38,908 bases of DNA from positions 1 to 38,908 of IMG/VR virus record IMGVR_UViG_3300020045_007321; one strand, given 5' to 3'. The position numbers and the translations under genes were made by a program. Under the pieces are notes generated by a model. The model was not told the origin of the DNA. It was given only the letters and a program-made list of their open reading frames with translations, and did no database searches. Shown piece by piece: positions 17,281 to 27,399 of this stretch (position 1 is its first letter; every line of letters starts with the position of its first letter). Source of the DNA: a virus. Lineage: Duplodnaviria > Caudoviricetes.

Positions 17281-18560
17281 ATTAACGCGGGATTAAATCT
17301 ATAGTTAAAATTAATGTTTATTTTCACATTAAACGCTCTACTGCTTGGGTCTGAAACAATTGTATTTTTACCGGAAAAAACCCGTATATATTCTCCATTT
17401 TTAATTAGATATATTTCAGGGCTAATAATTAAATCTCTTATCAAATCTATATATTCAGCAGGAACTTTAGACGAGGCAACCATACTATAAGCAGCTGTGT
17501 TTCCTAAATCGGCTAAATCGGTGTAATCTTTATATTCGTTAGGTATATTAAAAGAACCTGAGGGGTTATTATTATACTCAACAAAGCCGCCTAAATTATT
17601 ATTCGAATCAGACAGGCTATAATTTTCAAATAGCCAATAAGAAACGCCTCCATATTGATTTTGAAATTGAAAATAAGCATTATTACAAGAGCTAACACGC
17701 CTCAAATCTAACCTAGCCAAATTAGCAGGATTTCCTGTTATTATTGGGCTATTTGACTGAAGCAAAGTTATTGAGCCGTTAGCGTTAAGATAAGAGAATC
17801 TAGATATAAAGCCATTCCAGTAAGGTATTTTAGCTGTAGGATACAGTAAAGAACCCGTTACAGCGTTTATATTGGTTTTATTACCCCTAATACCACCCCT
17901 TATAAAATTCTTTCTTAGAACTCGCTCTACAGCCCCGTTAGAGTGAGATATATCTATCTTTATTAAATCAATACCTCTTGCATTAGAAAAAAAAAGAGTT
18001 CCAGACCTTACAGGGTTTCTAAAAATTCCTTTAATTAAAGGGGAAAGGTTAACAGTAGCTCTACCATCCAAGCCTTGCTGAGCCGTTATGTTATTTGTAG
18101 CCACCGAGCCGTTAGATAAATTTGTTAGCTTTATGGTAAAGTACCCTGTAACAGTATCGGATACATACAAAGTTGCTAATATGTCATTATTTATGTAGTA
18201 ATTATTACCTTCTATCCCTGCTATATATAAGAAAAACCCCGTGTTATACAGGTTTATATTAGCTCTTGAATTACCTACTATTTCAGCATTTATAAAATAC
18301 TCGTTAGTATTTTTAGTTTTAAATGTTATCTTGCTAGAGGATACTATAGCAGTTATGTATAATGGAAAATCTCCATTCATAGCCTGTCTATAGGCTTCTA
18401 AAGTCAACTCTACAGTGGGCTGTGTAGTTACCTGTAAACCTCCTGTTCTTTCAGGCACCCATGTATGGGTAATGTTCCTAAGATTTGTATTTATGATGAT
18501 TTGATTTCCCGAAACGAAAGGGTCTAAAAATTCTATTTCTAAATTATTTCCATTTGCCAT
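17274..18560 (-). CDS. Minor tail protein (distal-tail-like), 428 aa
   Basis: F.NQYGG..YWLF and DLIISPEIY motifs; tail module context. Confidence 0.6.
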   Translation of the reverse strand: MANGNNLEIEFLDPFVSGNQIIINTNLRNITHTWVPERTGGLQVTTQPTVELTLEAYRQAMNGDFPLYITAIVSSSKITFKTKNTNEYFINAEIVGNSRANINLYNTGFFLYIAGIEGNNYYINNDILATLYVSDTVTGYFTIKLTNLSNGSVATNNITAQQGLDGRATVNLSPLIKGIFRNPVRSGTLFFSNARGIDLIKIDISHSNGAVERVLRKNFIRGGIRGNKTNINAVTGSLLYPTAKIPYWNGFISRFSYLNANGSITLLQSNSPIITGNPANLARLDLRRVSSCNNAYFQFQNQYGGVSYWLFENYSLSDSNNNLGGFVEYNNNPSGSFNIPNEYKDYTDLADLGNTAAYSMVASSKVPAEYIDLIRDLIISPEIYLIKNGEYIRVFSGKNTIVSDPSSRAFNVKININFNYRFNPALIW

Positions 18561-19024
18561 TATAATAATGTTTGTTTTATTCTTTTTTTAATTTCTACAG
18601 TTAATTTACCTGCTACTCCTGCTTTTATTTTGCTATAAATATATTGATTAACCTCGTTAGATTCTAGCACGTCTAATAAATCTGTACCATCAGGATAATA
18701 GTTAGTGCCTTCTTTTTTTATCTTTTGTCTTACCGCCCATGTAGCAGATACCTGAGCCGCACCAGAAAGGCCTAGCTTATTACCTACCCATTCAAAAATA
18801 GGGCCATAAGGCGGCAATCCATTAGACGGTGCGCGCCCATTCTTAAGCCAGTACGAATAATATTGACCTCTAATATATCCTTTTCCGTTTACGGCATCGG
18901 CCTCTAGAGACTCTATCCATTTTCCCGATGCATTCATGCCTAGGCTTATAAATTTAGGTATCAAAAATTCATCTATAACGCCCTGCATTGCGGCCTTTAA
19001 AATATCATCATCTATAGTTATCAT
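18560..19024 (-). CDS. Putative neck/tail-completion protein
   Basis: ASG....SL...Y....GR.P...PP..PI.EWV...I..EGT pattern; position in the tail module. Confidence 0.55.
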   Translation of the reverse strand: MITIDDDILKAAMQGVIDEFLIPKFISLGMNASGKWIESLEADAVNGKGYIRGQYYSYWLKNGRAPSNGLPPYGPIFEWVGNKLGLSGAAQVSATWAVRQKIKKEGTNYYPDGTDLLDVLESNEVNQYIYSKIKAGVAGKLTVEIKKRIKQTLL

Positions 19025-19527
19025 TAGTTTTTAATTCTAAAAGTATACGCTATTTTCCATCCATTATAATTAGCGTCCTGCCAATTATATACTGCTGTAG
19101 CTCCTTTGCTAGATATTTCTATATCTACTCCCAATATAGCGCAAAAATCTAGTAAATTCTGGCACAATAAACACTCAGAAATTGGATAAAAAACCGTTCT
19201 CCATAAACTTTCATTTATATTATGGCCTTTTGTCTCTGAGTAATTGTTAGTACCTAGACCATCCGATGAAGGAATAACCGCAAAAATATAAAACGACCAA
19301 TCGCAATAAGATGATGTGACAAGTCTAGTAGTATTGTTTACTGTATTTACTTCTTTAAAAGATGGTTCTGTAAGAAACACATGTACACAGCATTCTTTGC
19401 CTTCTTCAGTCGATTCTGTATTAAGTCTAGCGTTAGTTAAAGGCGCGCCATACGCCCAACACAGGCCGCACTTATTAGTTTCCTGCCATACAGCAACCTG
19501 TTTGCCCCAAAAGTCTACTATGTCCAT
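19024..19527 (-). CDS. Putative tail terminator/neck protein (167 aa)
   Basis: Size, beta-rich sequence ending NGWKIAYTF, and module position. Confidence 0.45.
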   Translation of the reverse strand: MDIVDFWGKQVAVWQETNKCGLCWAYGAPLTNARLNTESTEEGKECCVHVFLTEPSFKEVNTVNNTTRLVTSSYCDWSFYIFAVIPSSDGLGTNNYSETKGHNINESLWRTVFYPISECLLCQNLLDFCAILGVDIEISSKGATAVYNWQDANYNGWKIAYTFRIKN

Positions 19528-19661
19528 TGCGTAAATTTATTTTTATTTCTGGTTATTACTGTTTGAGTAATTTTTTGATGCTTATGATATTCAGGCAAGC
19601 CTATAATGTTTACCCCTATCTGAAAAGAGCATATTGTAATTATTTTTTTTAAAAGTTCCAT
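19518..19661 (-). CDS. Small protein (47 aa, MELLKKIITICSFQIGVNIIGLPEY...)
   Basis: Translated by hand; fills the gap and overlaps the next start. Confidence 0.55.
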   Translation of the reverse strand: MELLKKIITICSFQIGVNIIGLPEYHKHQKITQTVITRNKNKFTQWT

Positions 19662-19663
19662 AG

Positions 19664-20218
19664 TTAATTTTTGTTTTTTCGTTTTGCGTCTTGTGCTTCT
19701 CTTATTCTAGTTTGTATATTGTTTTCAATAACAGATTTAAATTGCTTGTCAAATATTACCTTATAAGGTAGTTTTTTTATTGCTTCATGTTTTAATATAT
19801 CTCCTCCGGCTAATGTATCAATTATATTCATATCTCCAAAAACATTTAAGTCAGATATGCCTGCCTGTATTAATTCTGGATTTGGGTCTTTGCTACCTAA
19901 ATTGTTTTTCTCTAAAGTATATACAGACTTTAATTCATCACTTAACCAACATATAAAATACATTATCTCGTTATTAGAAGCACTATCTAGGTCGTGATGG
20001 AATATATATATCTCTCTATCTTTAAAAGCTCTTAAAACAACTCTCTCAAAGTCTAGTAGCGTTAATAGACTTGGTAAATCCTCCTTAACGAATTTAAAAG
20101 AAAAGTCTATTAAGCTATCAAAACGATAACCTAATAGACTATTAGACCTTTTGCCACTGTTTAGAATTATATTAAAATCCTCTTGACTTATTTTTATTAA
20201 TGCCTTATTTATACTCAT
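19664..20218 (-). CDS. Putative tail assembly chaperone (184 aa)
   Basis: Helical; C-terminal IDTLAGGDILK.E.I..LPY..IF resembles chaperone-like proteins; position. Confidence 0.45.
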   Translation of the reverse strand: MSINKALIKISQEDFNIILNSGKRSNSLLGYRFDSLIDFSFKFVKEDLPSLLTLLDFERVVLRAFKDREIYIFHHDLDSASNNEIMYFICWLSDELKSVYTLEKNNLGSKDPNPELIQAGISDLNVFGDMNIIDTLAGGDILKHEAIKKLPYKVIFDKQFKSVIENNIQTRIREAQDAKRKNKN

Positions 20219-20237
20219 GATGCTTTATTTTAAAAAG

Positions 20238-20268
20238 CAAAGATAATAAAATAAATTATTATACACAA
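20238..20268 (-). promoter_or_regulatory. Repeated phage promoter P9 (tail operon)
   Basis: Minus-strand TTGTGTA-N16-TATCTTTG. Confidence 0.75.
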
Positions 20269-20273
20269 CAAAA

Positions 20274-20690
20274 TTATTTTACTAATTCAAAATGAGGCTT
20301 GTCAATTATCGATTTCCAATTTCCACCCCAAGCAATTTTAACACCTAATTTTTCAGCAGTAGCTAATATATGACTAGCTATTATTTGGAGCGACTTAGTA
20401 TCGTTTAAATTAACTTTCCCGTTTTCAAATGGGTACAAATCGACGGCATAACCAAACCCATCTGATTTAGCTTGATGGTTTGATTTGTTTTTAACCCCGT
20501 CTGCTTTTGTTACTATAGAGCCTGAAACTGTACGGCCTTTAGCATACAGTGCTTTTTGCTGTTCTGTAGTCCTTACCCCATCTGTAATGACAAAGTCAAT
20601 AGGGCTATCTATAATAGCCGCCTTCATTACTTTTACTAATTGAGGATGAATACCTTTTAAGTTGTTTAAACTTCTTTCGCTAAAATTCAT
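20274..20690 (-). CDS. Endolysin, M15 family L-Ala-D-Glu peptidase
   Basis: G.RT.EQQ..LYAKGRT, S.H.....AVD, WGG.W....D.PHFEL motifs. Confidence 0.92.
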   Translation of the reverse strand: MNFSERSLNNLKGIHPQLVKVMKAAIIDSPIDFVITDGVRTTEQQKALYAKGRTVSGSIVTKADGVKNKSNHQAKSDGFGYAVDLYPFENGKVNLNDTKSLQIIASHILATAEKLGVKIAWGGNWKSIIDKPHFELVK

Positions 20691-20692
20691 AA

Positions 20693-21295
20693 TTACTCTG
20701 TTTTTTCGTTAGTATTTTTTATCGTATCTACTATTTCTACTCCTGTAGAAAATATTTTTTTAAATTTAGCCAGTAAATCAAACCCCATTCTTTTGAAGTT
20801 TTCAAAAAATATAGAATATATCTCTATAGAGCAAAAAAACATAGCCACAATAGTACTTAATGTTAGATTTTTTATTGAATTAGATATTTTAAAATCTCCA
20901 TTTATAAATATAAACTCAATCCAATAGGCCACTATAATTCCTAATCCATAAGATATAAGCTTTGCGCCTGAAAGCCTTAATTTCTGAGACTGGATGAAAA
21001 GACCCCCATCCTCCGGAGTAACCTGTTTTGCTTTCTTAAATTCAAAATAAGACGCCATAATGCCGGTTGCAAAATCAGCAACAAATAGTACGCCTAATAA
21101 AATTAACGTGTACTGAAAAGTACTAAATTTAGAGTCTATTACTGTAGCGGCTTCAGGAATAGTAATAGAGGGAGCTAGAGATAATATTATATTTTCAGGC
21201 TTAGAAAATATTATTTTTATTTTGTCTAATATTTTTGGGGTATAACTGGCAAAAGCCAAACCCATGTGATACAACATACCGTTTACGCTATTCAT
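20693..21295 (-). CDS. Holin (phage holin 4 family-like)
   Basis: Three hydrophobic segments, ADFATG and E..SI..EN motifs; directly upstream of the endolysin. Confidence 0.8.
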   Translation of the reverse strand: MNSVNGMLYHMGLAFASYTPKILDKIKIIFSKPENIILSLAPSITIPEAATVIDSKFSTFQYTLILLGVLFVADFATGIMASYFEFKKAKQVTPEDGGLFIQSQKLRLSGAKLISYGLGIIVAYWIEFIFINGDFKISNSIKNLTLSTIVAMFFCSIEIYSIFFENFKRMGFDLLAKFKKIFSTGVEIVDTIKNTNEKTE

Positions 21296-21339
21296 ATTTT
21301 ATATTTTTTAGGCAGTAAAATTACACAAAATAATCTATA

Positions 21340-21372
21340 TAAAAAAACAAAAGCCCTAATAAATAGGGCTTT
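21340..21372 (-). terminator. Terminator after the fibre gene
   Basis: AAAGCCCTA-ATAAA-TAGGGCTTT with an A-run on the + strand. Confidence 0.8.
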
Positions 21373-21428
21373 ATGTTTAAATAATTATTTTAATTCAAAA
21401 TAAACTAACTTAGGTTAATTGGTTTAAA

Positions 21429-24380
21429 TTATACTATAGTTGGTACTCCGGTTACAGCAACTACTACCCATTCGTTAGCGGCTATCTTTTCAACTCTTAT
21501 GGTATCATATCTAGCCTGTGATTGAATATATCCTGCTGTACCTATAGTTGTATCTGTTGCCCCATGAATAACAGTAGTAGCTTCTGGTTGTGATAATTTC
21601 CAACCGCCAGTACCAAGACCTCTAATTTCTATAAAATTACCAATAGCACTAGTGGAATTTGAAGGTAATGGTATTGTTAGTCTAGTACTAGCATTAGCTA
21701 TATACTTTATATTTGTAGGAGTTGTAGCAACATTTGCCGTTATAGTAACTCCTGTTAGCATTACATCTAATTCAAGTTTTCTGACCACTTCAGTTGAACT
21801 GGTTGGTGCTATAGCTACCGTTGCTTTTCCTGATACGGTCAACTGACCCCCTATCGCTACAGTGCTTGTAAAATTAGCTGTATTTCTGAAATTGTACCAA
21901 AACCCACTATCTACAGCAGGAACGACCAACCCGCCAAAGTCAAAGTGTCCATTTGGAAGCATAGCCATGAAGTTTTGAGTGCCATCAAAACTCCTTATCT
22001 CTAATTGTTCTGCTGTTGCTGTAGTTCTCCATACAGGAGATTTTATTACACCAGATAATACCTGTGACCATTGCGCGCTGGTTGTACCTGAGCTATAAGT
22101 TCTATTAGCAATTGGAACTATACTCTGGGAATTTATTTGAGCGTTAAAGTTTTGTGCAGATGCGAAACTATTGCTTAATGATACGCTAGCCTTATCAGCA
22201 AGGGATGTTGCTAAAAGTGTATTATCCCCTGGTAGCCCTGTTATATTTGCAAAAGAAACTTCATCAGGCACATCTGTCCTAAATCCCCCATAATTATTAA
22301 GGGATAAAAATTCAGCATATACCCTAGCTTTTATTTCTTGGAATTTTGGGTTTTCGTGAACCCCATCAAACATATAGCCTTGAGCAACCATGCTTGTGTA
22401 ATCCCCAAATATAGCAGGTAAATCTATTAGCTGTAACCCTAATTGAGTAGCTACTTCTTGCCTTGCAATTCTAAAGGCCGGTGCATTGGTTGAACTGTAA
22501 TCTATAGGTTGAACAGGTTCTACTAATACAACATTAGTAGTTGGACTACCAGCTAACAAAGTGCTGACGTGGTTTATAAGCTTAGTTTTAAAATCAGCTG
22601 CGCTTAGAACGCCTCTGTCATTAGTTCCTATATCTAATATAGTTAGCGAGGGCGTAAAGATAGAAAACCAAGTTTGCCTAAATGTGGGGTCTAACAATGA
22701 TAATCTATTTATACTCATACCTCCAATTGCTGTACACAAATCAGAACCAGCCACAGTGCCATTATAAAATCGAATGCCAAAAAACGCCACTTTTCCAGTG
22801 ATGTTATTGATAGCTACAATGTTGTTATCCGCAGCTGTTTTTATAAGTTCCACGTATTGTATACTCAAAGTTCCTACCATACTAACAGCGGTACCTGACC
22901 CTGATGTTGAGTTGAATTTATACGTAAATGAACCACCATCAGGCCGTTGCAGATAATAAATCCTGACTTTGGTAAAAACCTTGCCTGTACTAGTGACGTC
23001 CGTGGAAATTGATTCATTAACGGCGGCATTGGCATACAAGCCCTGTCCAGATACTGAATACTTTATAGGGTCTGCACTATAATCTGTAGTTGACCCGCCC
23101 ATATCAGATAGTCCTGATGATTTAAAAAACGATGCTCCTTTATCAACATGACTGCCAAGGTCATAATGTATGTAGCCTATTTCTCTTTTTTTAAATTCAG
23201 AGAACCACTTAGGATTTAAAATAGCCCTATAGTTACCTATAGAAGTGCCACCCTCTGTATGGCTATCTCCATCTTCTTGTATTAATGTCAGTAGATTAGA
23301 GTTTAATTTTGCCTTTCTAATAAGGTAGCTATTCTTAATAGCATTGGATGTGCTTAAATCAGTATAGGCTTCTCCAACCGAAACTATTTGATTGTCTACA
23401 TATTTTTTTTGCGTGTAGTCTAAGTCTGTTATATTTTCTGTATAATCAGCAGAACCTGAAATACCTCTAGCCTCAGGGTTTTCTGACTCATAAAAAACTC
23501 CACCTAACGAAAACCTTAAACCACCTTTTGGACTATCAGTATTTTCACTACCTATAAGTAAACTAGCTTCATCTGGAAATTGAATATAAACACCGGAATT
23601 AGGGTCAAAATATTTTTTTATATTTTGTATTCCGTCTAAATCAAAACTAATATCTCCTGTAACAGGATTTCCTTCTGTAGTTCCTTTTATAGGTATAAAA
23701 TTATTAGTGTTTGGCAAGTCCGATACCATAGCGATAGTATCTAAGTATTGCGTCTCCATGTCCGGATTAGTGTTTTTTATAGGCCACTGATACTTTGTAT
23801 TGCCTATAAAATCTGTAGCCGGCCACCTAACGTCCATTATACCTACTCTAGACCTAGCCACTATACCATCATAATCGTAAGTTGTAGAACCCGGCTCCGA
23901 AAAGCACCCCATAGGCGAATCTTGCAATACTAAAGAAGAATCTGCTATGGTATTGCCCTTATCTACAACCTGTTGCAAATTTGGAATTTCTCCGGAGGGG
24001 TCTGGATTTTGAATACTTACCCATTTTAAGCCGGTAAATATAAATAAATCTATAGCACTATTATCGGGTAATAATTGGCTATACATATCTCCTATTTGAT
24101 AACTAGGAGGTGGTGTATCATTAGGATTATCAAGGCCTGAATAAACTTGCACCCCTTCGTTGTTTTCATCTATAAGGCTTTTTAATTCGTTAATGGCAGC
24201 TACTAAGTTAGCTCTATCTGTAGTAGCTAAATTAGCAGGGTTTCCCGTTCTATCATGAGAAAAATTTAAAAGGTTTTCTAAGATAGGCTCTAAAACTTCT
24301 GCCGTTATTTCGTTATTAGCATTAGCTACTATCTGGTTTACTATTTCGGCTAATAAAACATTATACGCTATATCGTCCAT
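21429..24380 (-). CDS. Tail fibre/spike with SGNH (GDSL) hydrolase domain
   Basis: N-terminal LVAAINELK and YTQKKYVD fibre motifs; SGNH blocks DGDSHT, IGTND, DGVH; beta-rich C-terminus. Confidence 0.8.
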   Translation of the reverse strand: MDDIAYNVLLAEIVNQIVANANNEITAEVLEPILENLLNFSHDRTGNPANLATTDRANLVAAINELKSLIDENNEGVQVYSGLDNPNDTPPPSYQIGDMYSQLLPDNSAIDLFIFTGLKWVSIQNPDPSGEIPNLQQVVDKGNTIADSSLVLQDSPMGCFSEPGSTTYDYDGIVARSRVGIMDVRWPATDFIGNTKYQWPIKNTNPDMETQYLDTIAMVSDLPNTNNFIPIKGTTEGNPVTGDISFDLDGIQNIKKYFDPNSGVYIQFPDEASLLIGSENTDSPKGGLRFSLGGVFYESENPEARGISGSADYTENITDLDYTQKKYVDNQIVSVGEAYTDLSTSNAIKNSYLIRKAKLNSNLLTLIQEDGDSHTEGGTSIGNYRAILNPKWFSEFKKREIGYIHYDLGSHVDKGASFFKSSGLSDMGGSTTDYSADPIKYSVSGQGLYANAAVNESISTDVTSTGKVFTKVRIYYLQRPDGGSFTYKFNSTSGSGTAVSMVGTLSIQYVELIKTAADNNIVAINNITGKVAFFGIRFYNGTVAGSDLCTAIGGMSINRLSLLDPTFRQTWFSIFTPSLTILDIGTNDRGVLSAADFKTKLINHVSTLLAGSPTTNVVLVEPVQPIDYSSTNAPAFRIARQEVATQLGLQLIDLPAIFGDYTSMVAQGYMFDGVHENPKFQEIKARVYAEFLSLNNYGGFRTDVPDEVSFANITGLPGDNTLLATSLADKASVSLSNSFASAQNFNAQINSQSIVPIANRTYSSGTTSAQWSQVLSGVIKSPVWRTTATAEQLEIRSFDGTQNFMAMLPNGHFDFGGLVVPAVDSGFWYNFRNTANFTSTVAIGGQLTVSGKATVAIAPTSSTEVVRKLELDVMLTGVTITANVATTPTNIKYIANASTRLTIPLPSNSTSAIGNFIEIRGLGTGGWKLSQPEATTVIHGATDTTIGTAGYIQSQARYDTIRVEKIAANEWVVVAVTGVPTIV

Positions 24381-24386
24381 GTATTT

Positions 24387-25016
24387 CTATGGGTTTTGGT
24401 TGTTAAAATCGTTGTTAAAGTCGTCGTTAAAATCTCCTGAAGGATTAAATATAACGTCTGAAAAATTGTTATCAAAATCGGAAATAAGTCCGTCATAAAT
24501 AAATGGCGGCTCATCCTCTAAAGAATCGGCTAAAGAGGATAGAGTTAATATGCCTCCTCCGCTATTTGATTGAATATTATAAGAATAATTTTTTGTGCTT
24601 AATCCATATTCAAATCCGTATATCTCAACTAGGCCGTTATATAATTGTATGGCTGCAAAATAATCTCCATAATCTAATTGCTTAATTAGGCATTTTTCGC
24701 TTTCCTGTATGCCTGCTATGATAATATTTATATTGTGGGCATATTGAGGGATTCCGTTATTATCCGTCTTGTCAAAAGAAGGGTAAATAACTTTAGATTT
24801 TTCATCTCCTGTAAATCTAAAACCTGTTTTTCCTGTTTTTAAATCGAAAGATACTCTATGTCTGCATGTGTAATTGTCTCCTTGAATTAAAGCTACTTGT
24901 ATTAGCTTGTTATTTACATCTTGTCTATTTACTAGTACTACCTGTTGATAATATTTTCTAGTAAGGGATTCACAATCTAATTGGAATCCCTGTCTTAATT
25001 TGTCACATAGGCTCAT
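24387..25016 (-). CDS. Tail-tube-like structural protein, paralog 2, with C-terminal DFNDDFNNDFNN repeats
   Basis: Aligns by eye with 27400..28014 (YYQQ, LK.GKTG, YAH, YGFEYGL, GGG). Confidence 0.65.
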   Translation of the reverse strand: MSLCDKLRQGFQLDCESLTRKYYQQVVLVNRQDVNNKLIQVALIQGDNYTCRHRVSFDLKTGKTGFRFTGDEKSKVIYPSFDKTDNNGIPQYAHNINIIIAGIQESEKCLIKQLDYGDYFAAIQLYNGLVEIYGFEYGLSTKNYSYNIQSNSGGGILTLSSLADSLEDEPPFIYDGLISDFDNNFSDVIFNPSGDFNDDFNNDFNNQNP

Positions 25017-25648
25017 TATTTAGTTATTATTGCGGATTTAAAACCAAATCCTTTATTTTTAGTTCCAGATGTGCATTTTGAATGCCCGCATCCACAACCT
25101 TTATTTTTTGGCTCGTACCATTCAAAAGCATCATTGTTAGCGGCTAAATATCCTTCGGTATTTTTAAACATATCAAAAGCCATATTTCTGTATTTATTGC
25201 TAAAGGCTTCTAATTTTTTAGGGTCTATTTGAGACGAAAAATCTCCATTTTTGCTAACCAATCCTACAGCCGTATCGTTAAAGCTATTTAAGATAACATA
25301 CCTAGCATAAGTATAGTAAACTAATATTCTAATAATGCCCTTAAATATAATAGTCTTTTTACCACAAATTGAGATGTAACTACCTCCATATAGGAGGGTC
25401 TTTTTCTGCTCGTAATTATCAGGTTGTATAGGAGGTTCTCCTATAGGATTTAAATTATATTCAGCTAAAGCATTTATATAATTTATGACCTCATTAATTG
25501 TTAACTCTATTTCGTACCAGTCATTACAAAACAAATTTGCTAAATCCGATTCAATCGCTTCATTTTCTGAGATACAAAGCTTGTTGTTATCGCAATGCGT
25601 GGCCACTAGAGCCACGCATTTAAAATCAAGTATATTAAGTATTTGCAT
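25016..25648 (-). CDS. Putative head-tail adaptor
   Basis: Follows the portal; GI..ILVYY.YARY....T..GLV.K pattern. Confidence 0.6.
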   Translation of the reverse strand: MQILNILDFKCVALVATHCDNNKLCISENEAIESDLANLFCNDWYEIELTINEVINYINALAEYNLNPIGEPPIQPDNYEQKKTLLYGGSYISICGKKTIIFKGIIRILVYYTYARYVILNSFNDTAVGLVSKNGDFSSQIDPKKLEAFSNKYRNMAFDMFKNTEGYLAANNDAFEWYEPKNKGCGCGHSKCTSGTKNKGFGFKSAIITK

Positions 25649-26846
25649 TTGCTTGTGTTTCTGTTGTAGTTTCTACCATTGGTTTTATTTCGCAAGGAAA
25701 ACCTAAATAAGTAAAAGTTTCCTGTAACCTTTTTCTTTCATCTTCTGTTTGTTCTGAATAGAAAATTTTCATTTCTCTATAAGTGTCTCCTGAAGTTCCA
25801 AAAAGGCTACTAGAAGCCAAAACTAAAGGTTCTGGTACATTATTAAAAGCTCCTAGAATATTACGCCTAACTCTAGCGTCGTTGCTATCAAATAATTTAT
25901 CGTCAAATTGGCCTTTCAACTGAGTAAATTTAATTACTTTGTCTATATCGTCTGTAGACTCAATGTCTAGATGAAAAATAGAGCCGGAATTTTCGGAGCC
26001 TAAAAATTTTGACAAATTATCCTCAATAACTTTACTTTGCTCTGAATCAAGACCTTGTGTTATTACAGCAGTTTTACCTAGAAATCCTGAACGGAATTGA
26101 GTATTTGTGTAAATAGCAAAACGTGCCTCGGTATCTGCATCATCATACACGCTTGAAACTGGTGGCATAGCATATTTATAGCTAGGTGTTAGGTTAAGAT
26201 AAAAAACTTGCCCCCTATACATCTGGATAGCCTTTACAGGGTCTTGTTCTGGGTTTCCGTCCTCGTCCTCTGAGTCTTTTTTTATCTGAGCTAAAACAAC
26301 ATTTTGATTTTTATTGAACGGATAATACCATTCACTAGTAACATTTTTTTTATCTACTGCTTTATCGGTTAAAGCTAACCAATCTCTTTGAATTATAATA
26401 CCGTCAAATCCGTTATAATCTTCTTTAGCTTTTCGGCATTGGCAATAATCAAGTACTTTTAACTCTTTAGGAACGATTTTAAGACCTGTATTCTCGTCTC
26501 CGTCATATCCATAGCTAACATGTATAAAAACCCCGTATTGACGAGCTATTGACTCAGCAGCGAAAGATATAACATTGCTTAACTTATGATTTTCTTTTAC
26601 GTTAACTATAACGTCTTTTGTCTCGTCTACTAATCCTTTACCTGAAATATATTTAGCCATTATTTTAGCTCCTCTGGATGCAGTAGGAGAATTACTGATT
26701 ACGGCTTCTACATCATATGGATATAGATTATTATATCCATTAAAATATATTTTCTTTTTAGTATCTGAATCTTCAAAGAGACAAGTAAGGCGGCTCCACA
26801 TTTCGTAAAAACTCGCTCTAATTCCTGCCTTTTCTTTTTTAGCCAT
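25635..26846 (-). CDS. Portal protein
   Basis: NLYP...ISNSPTA....AKYISGKG, F.GSENSG, ILGAF..VP..L motifs of Bacteroidota phage portals; 403 aa. Confidence 0.8.
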   Translation of the reverse strand: MAKKEKAGIRASFYEMWSRLTCLFEDSDTKKKIYFNGYNNLYPYDVEAVISNSPTASRGAKIMAKYISGKGLVDETKDVIVNVKENHKLSNVISFAAESIARQYGVFIHVSYGYDGDENTGLKIVPKELKVLDYCQCRKAKEDYNGFDGIIIQRDWLALTDKAVDKKNVTSEWYYPFNKNQNVVLAQIKKDSEDEDGNPEQDPVKAIQMYRGQVFYLNLTPSYKYAMPPVSSVYDDADTEARFAIYTNTQFRSGFLGKTAVITQGLDSEQSKVIEDNLSKFLGSENSGSIFHLDIESTDDIDKVIKFTQLKGQFDDKLFDSNDARVRRNILGAFNNVPEPLVLASSSLFGTSGDTYREMKIFYSEQTEDERKRLQETFTYLGFPCEIKPMVETTTETQANANT

Positions 26847-27391
26847 TATTTAGTAGCTTTAGCGGGTCTGCCTTTTTTCTTCACTTCTTTAGGCTCTTCT
26901 GTTACCGGCTCTGGTAATATAACAGGGTCAACAACGGGAATTAAATTAGCTTCCTCAGATATAACTGTATTTGTATCTTCTTTAGGCTCTTCTATTACCG
27001 GCTCTGGTAATACCCTAAATAATTTTTTTCGTTCCTCTATTTCGGCCTCGGTGCCATACACAAGAAAATCCTTTACAAATTCATCATAAAGTCTATTATC
27101 ATATCTTTTGTAAGTTTTACCATCTTTTTGATATGATAAGATTTTTCTTTCAATTCTTTTTAATTCAAAATTCATTGTTTCAGTTTTAAAATTATAATTC
27201 AAAGATAGTGAATTATCTTTATTTTTGTTTAAATGTCTTTTTAATTTTTCCCAATCAGAACCAAAAGAACACCCCGCGCAATTAGGGGCATATCCAAAAG
27301 CCTGCTTAAATGTCTCTATATAAAACAACATAAGGTCAGGCGAACACCTGACCTTATTTGATTCTATTTTAAGTAAATCACTTACTTCCAT
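26846..27391 (-). CDS. Hypothetical protein (181 aa) with CxxC, duplicated LPEPV.EEPKE and KKGRP tail
   Basis: ORF track; lies in the structural operon. Confidence 0.75.
   Translation of the reverse strand: MEVSDLLKIESNKVRCSPDLMLFYIETFKQAFGYAPNCAGCSFGSDWEKLKRHLNKNKDNSLSLNYNFKTETMNFELKRIERKILSYQKDGKTYKRYDNRLYDEFVKDFLVYGTEAEIEERKKLFRVLPEPVIEEPKEDTNTVISEEANLIPVVDPVILPEPVTEEPKEVKKKGRPAKATK
26884..27012. repeat. 36-bp direct repeat (35/36 identical), 93-bp period
   Basis: CTTCTTTAGGCTCTTCT[G/A]TTACCGGCTCTGGTAATA at 26884 and 26977. Confidence 0.9.
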
Positions 27392-27399
27392 TATGTAAA

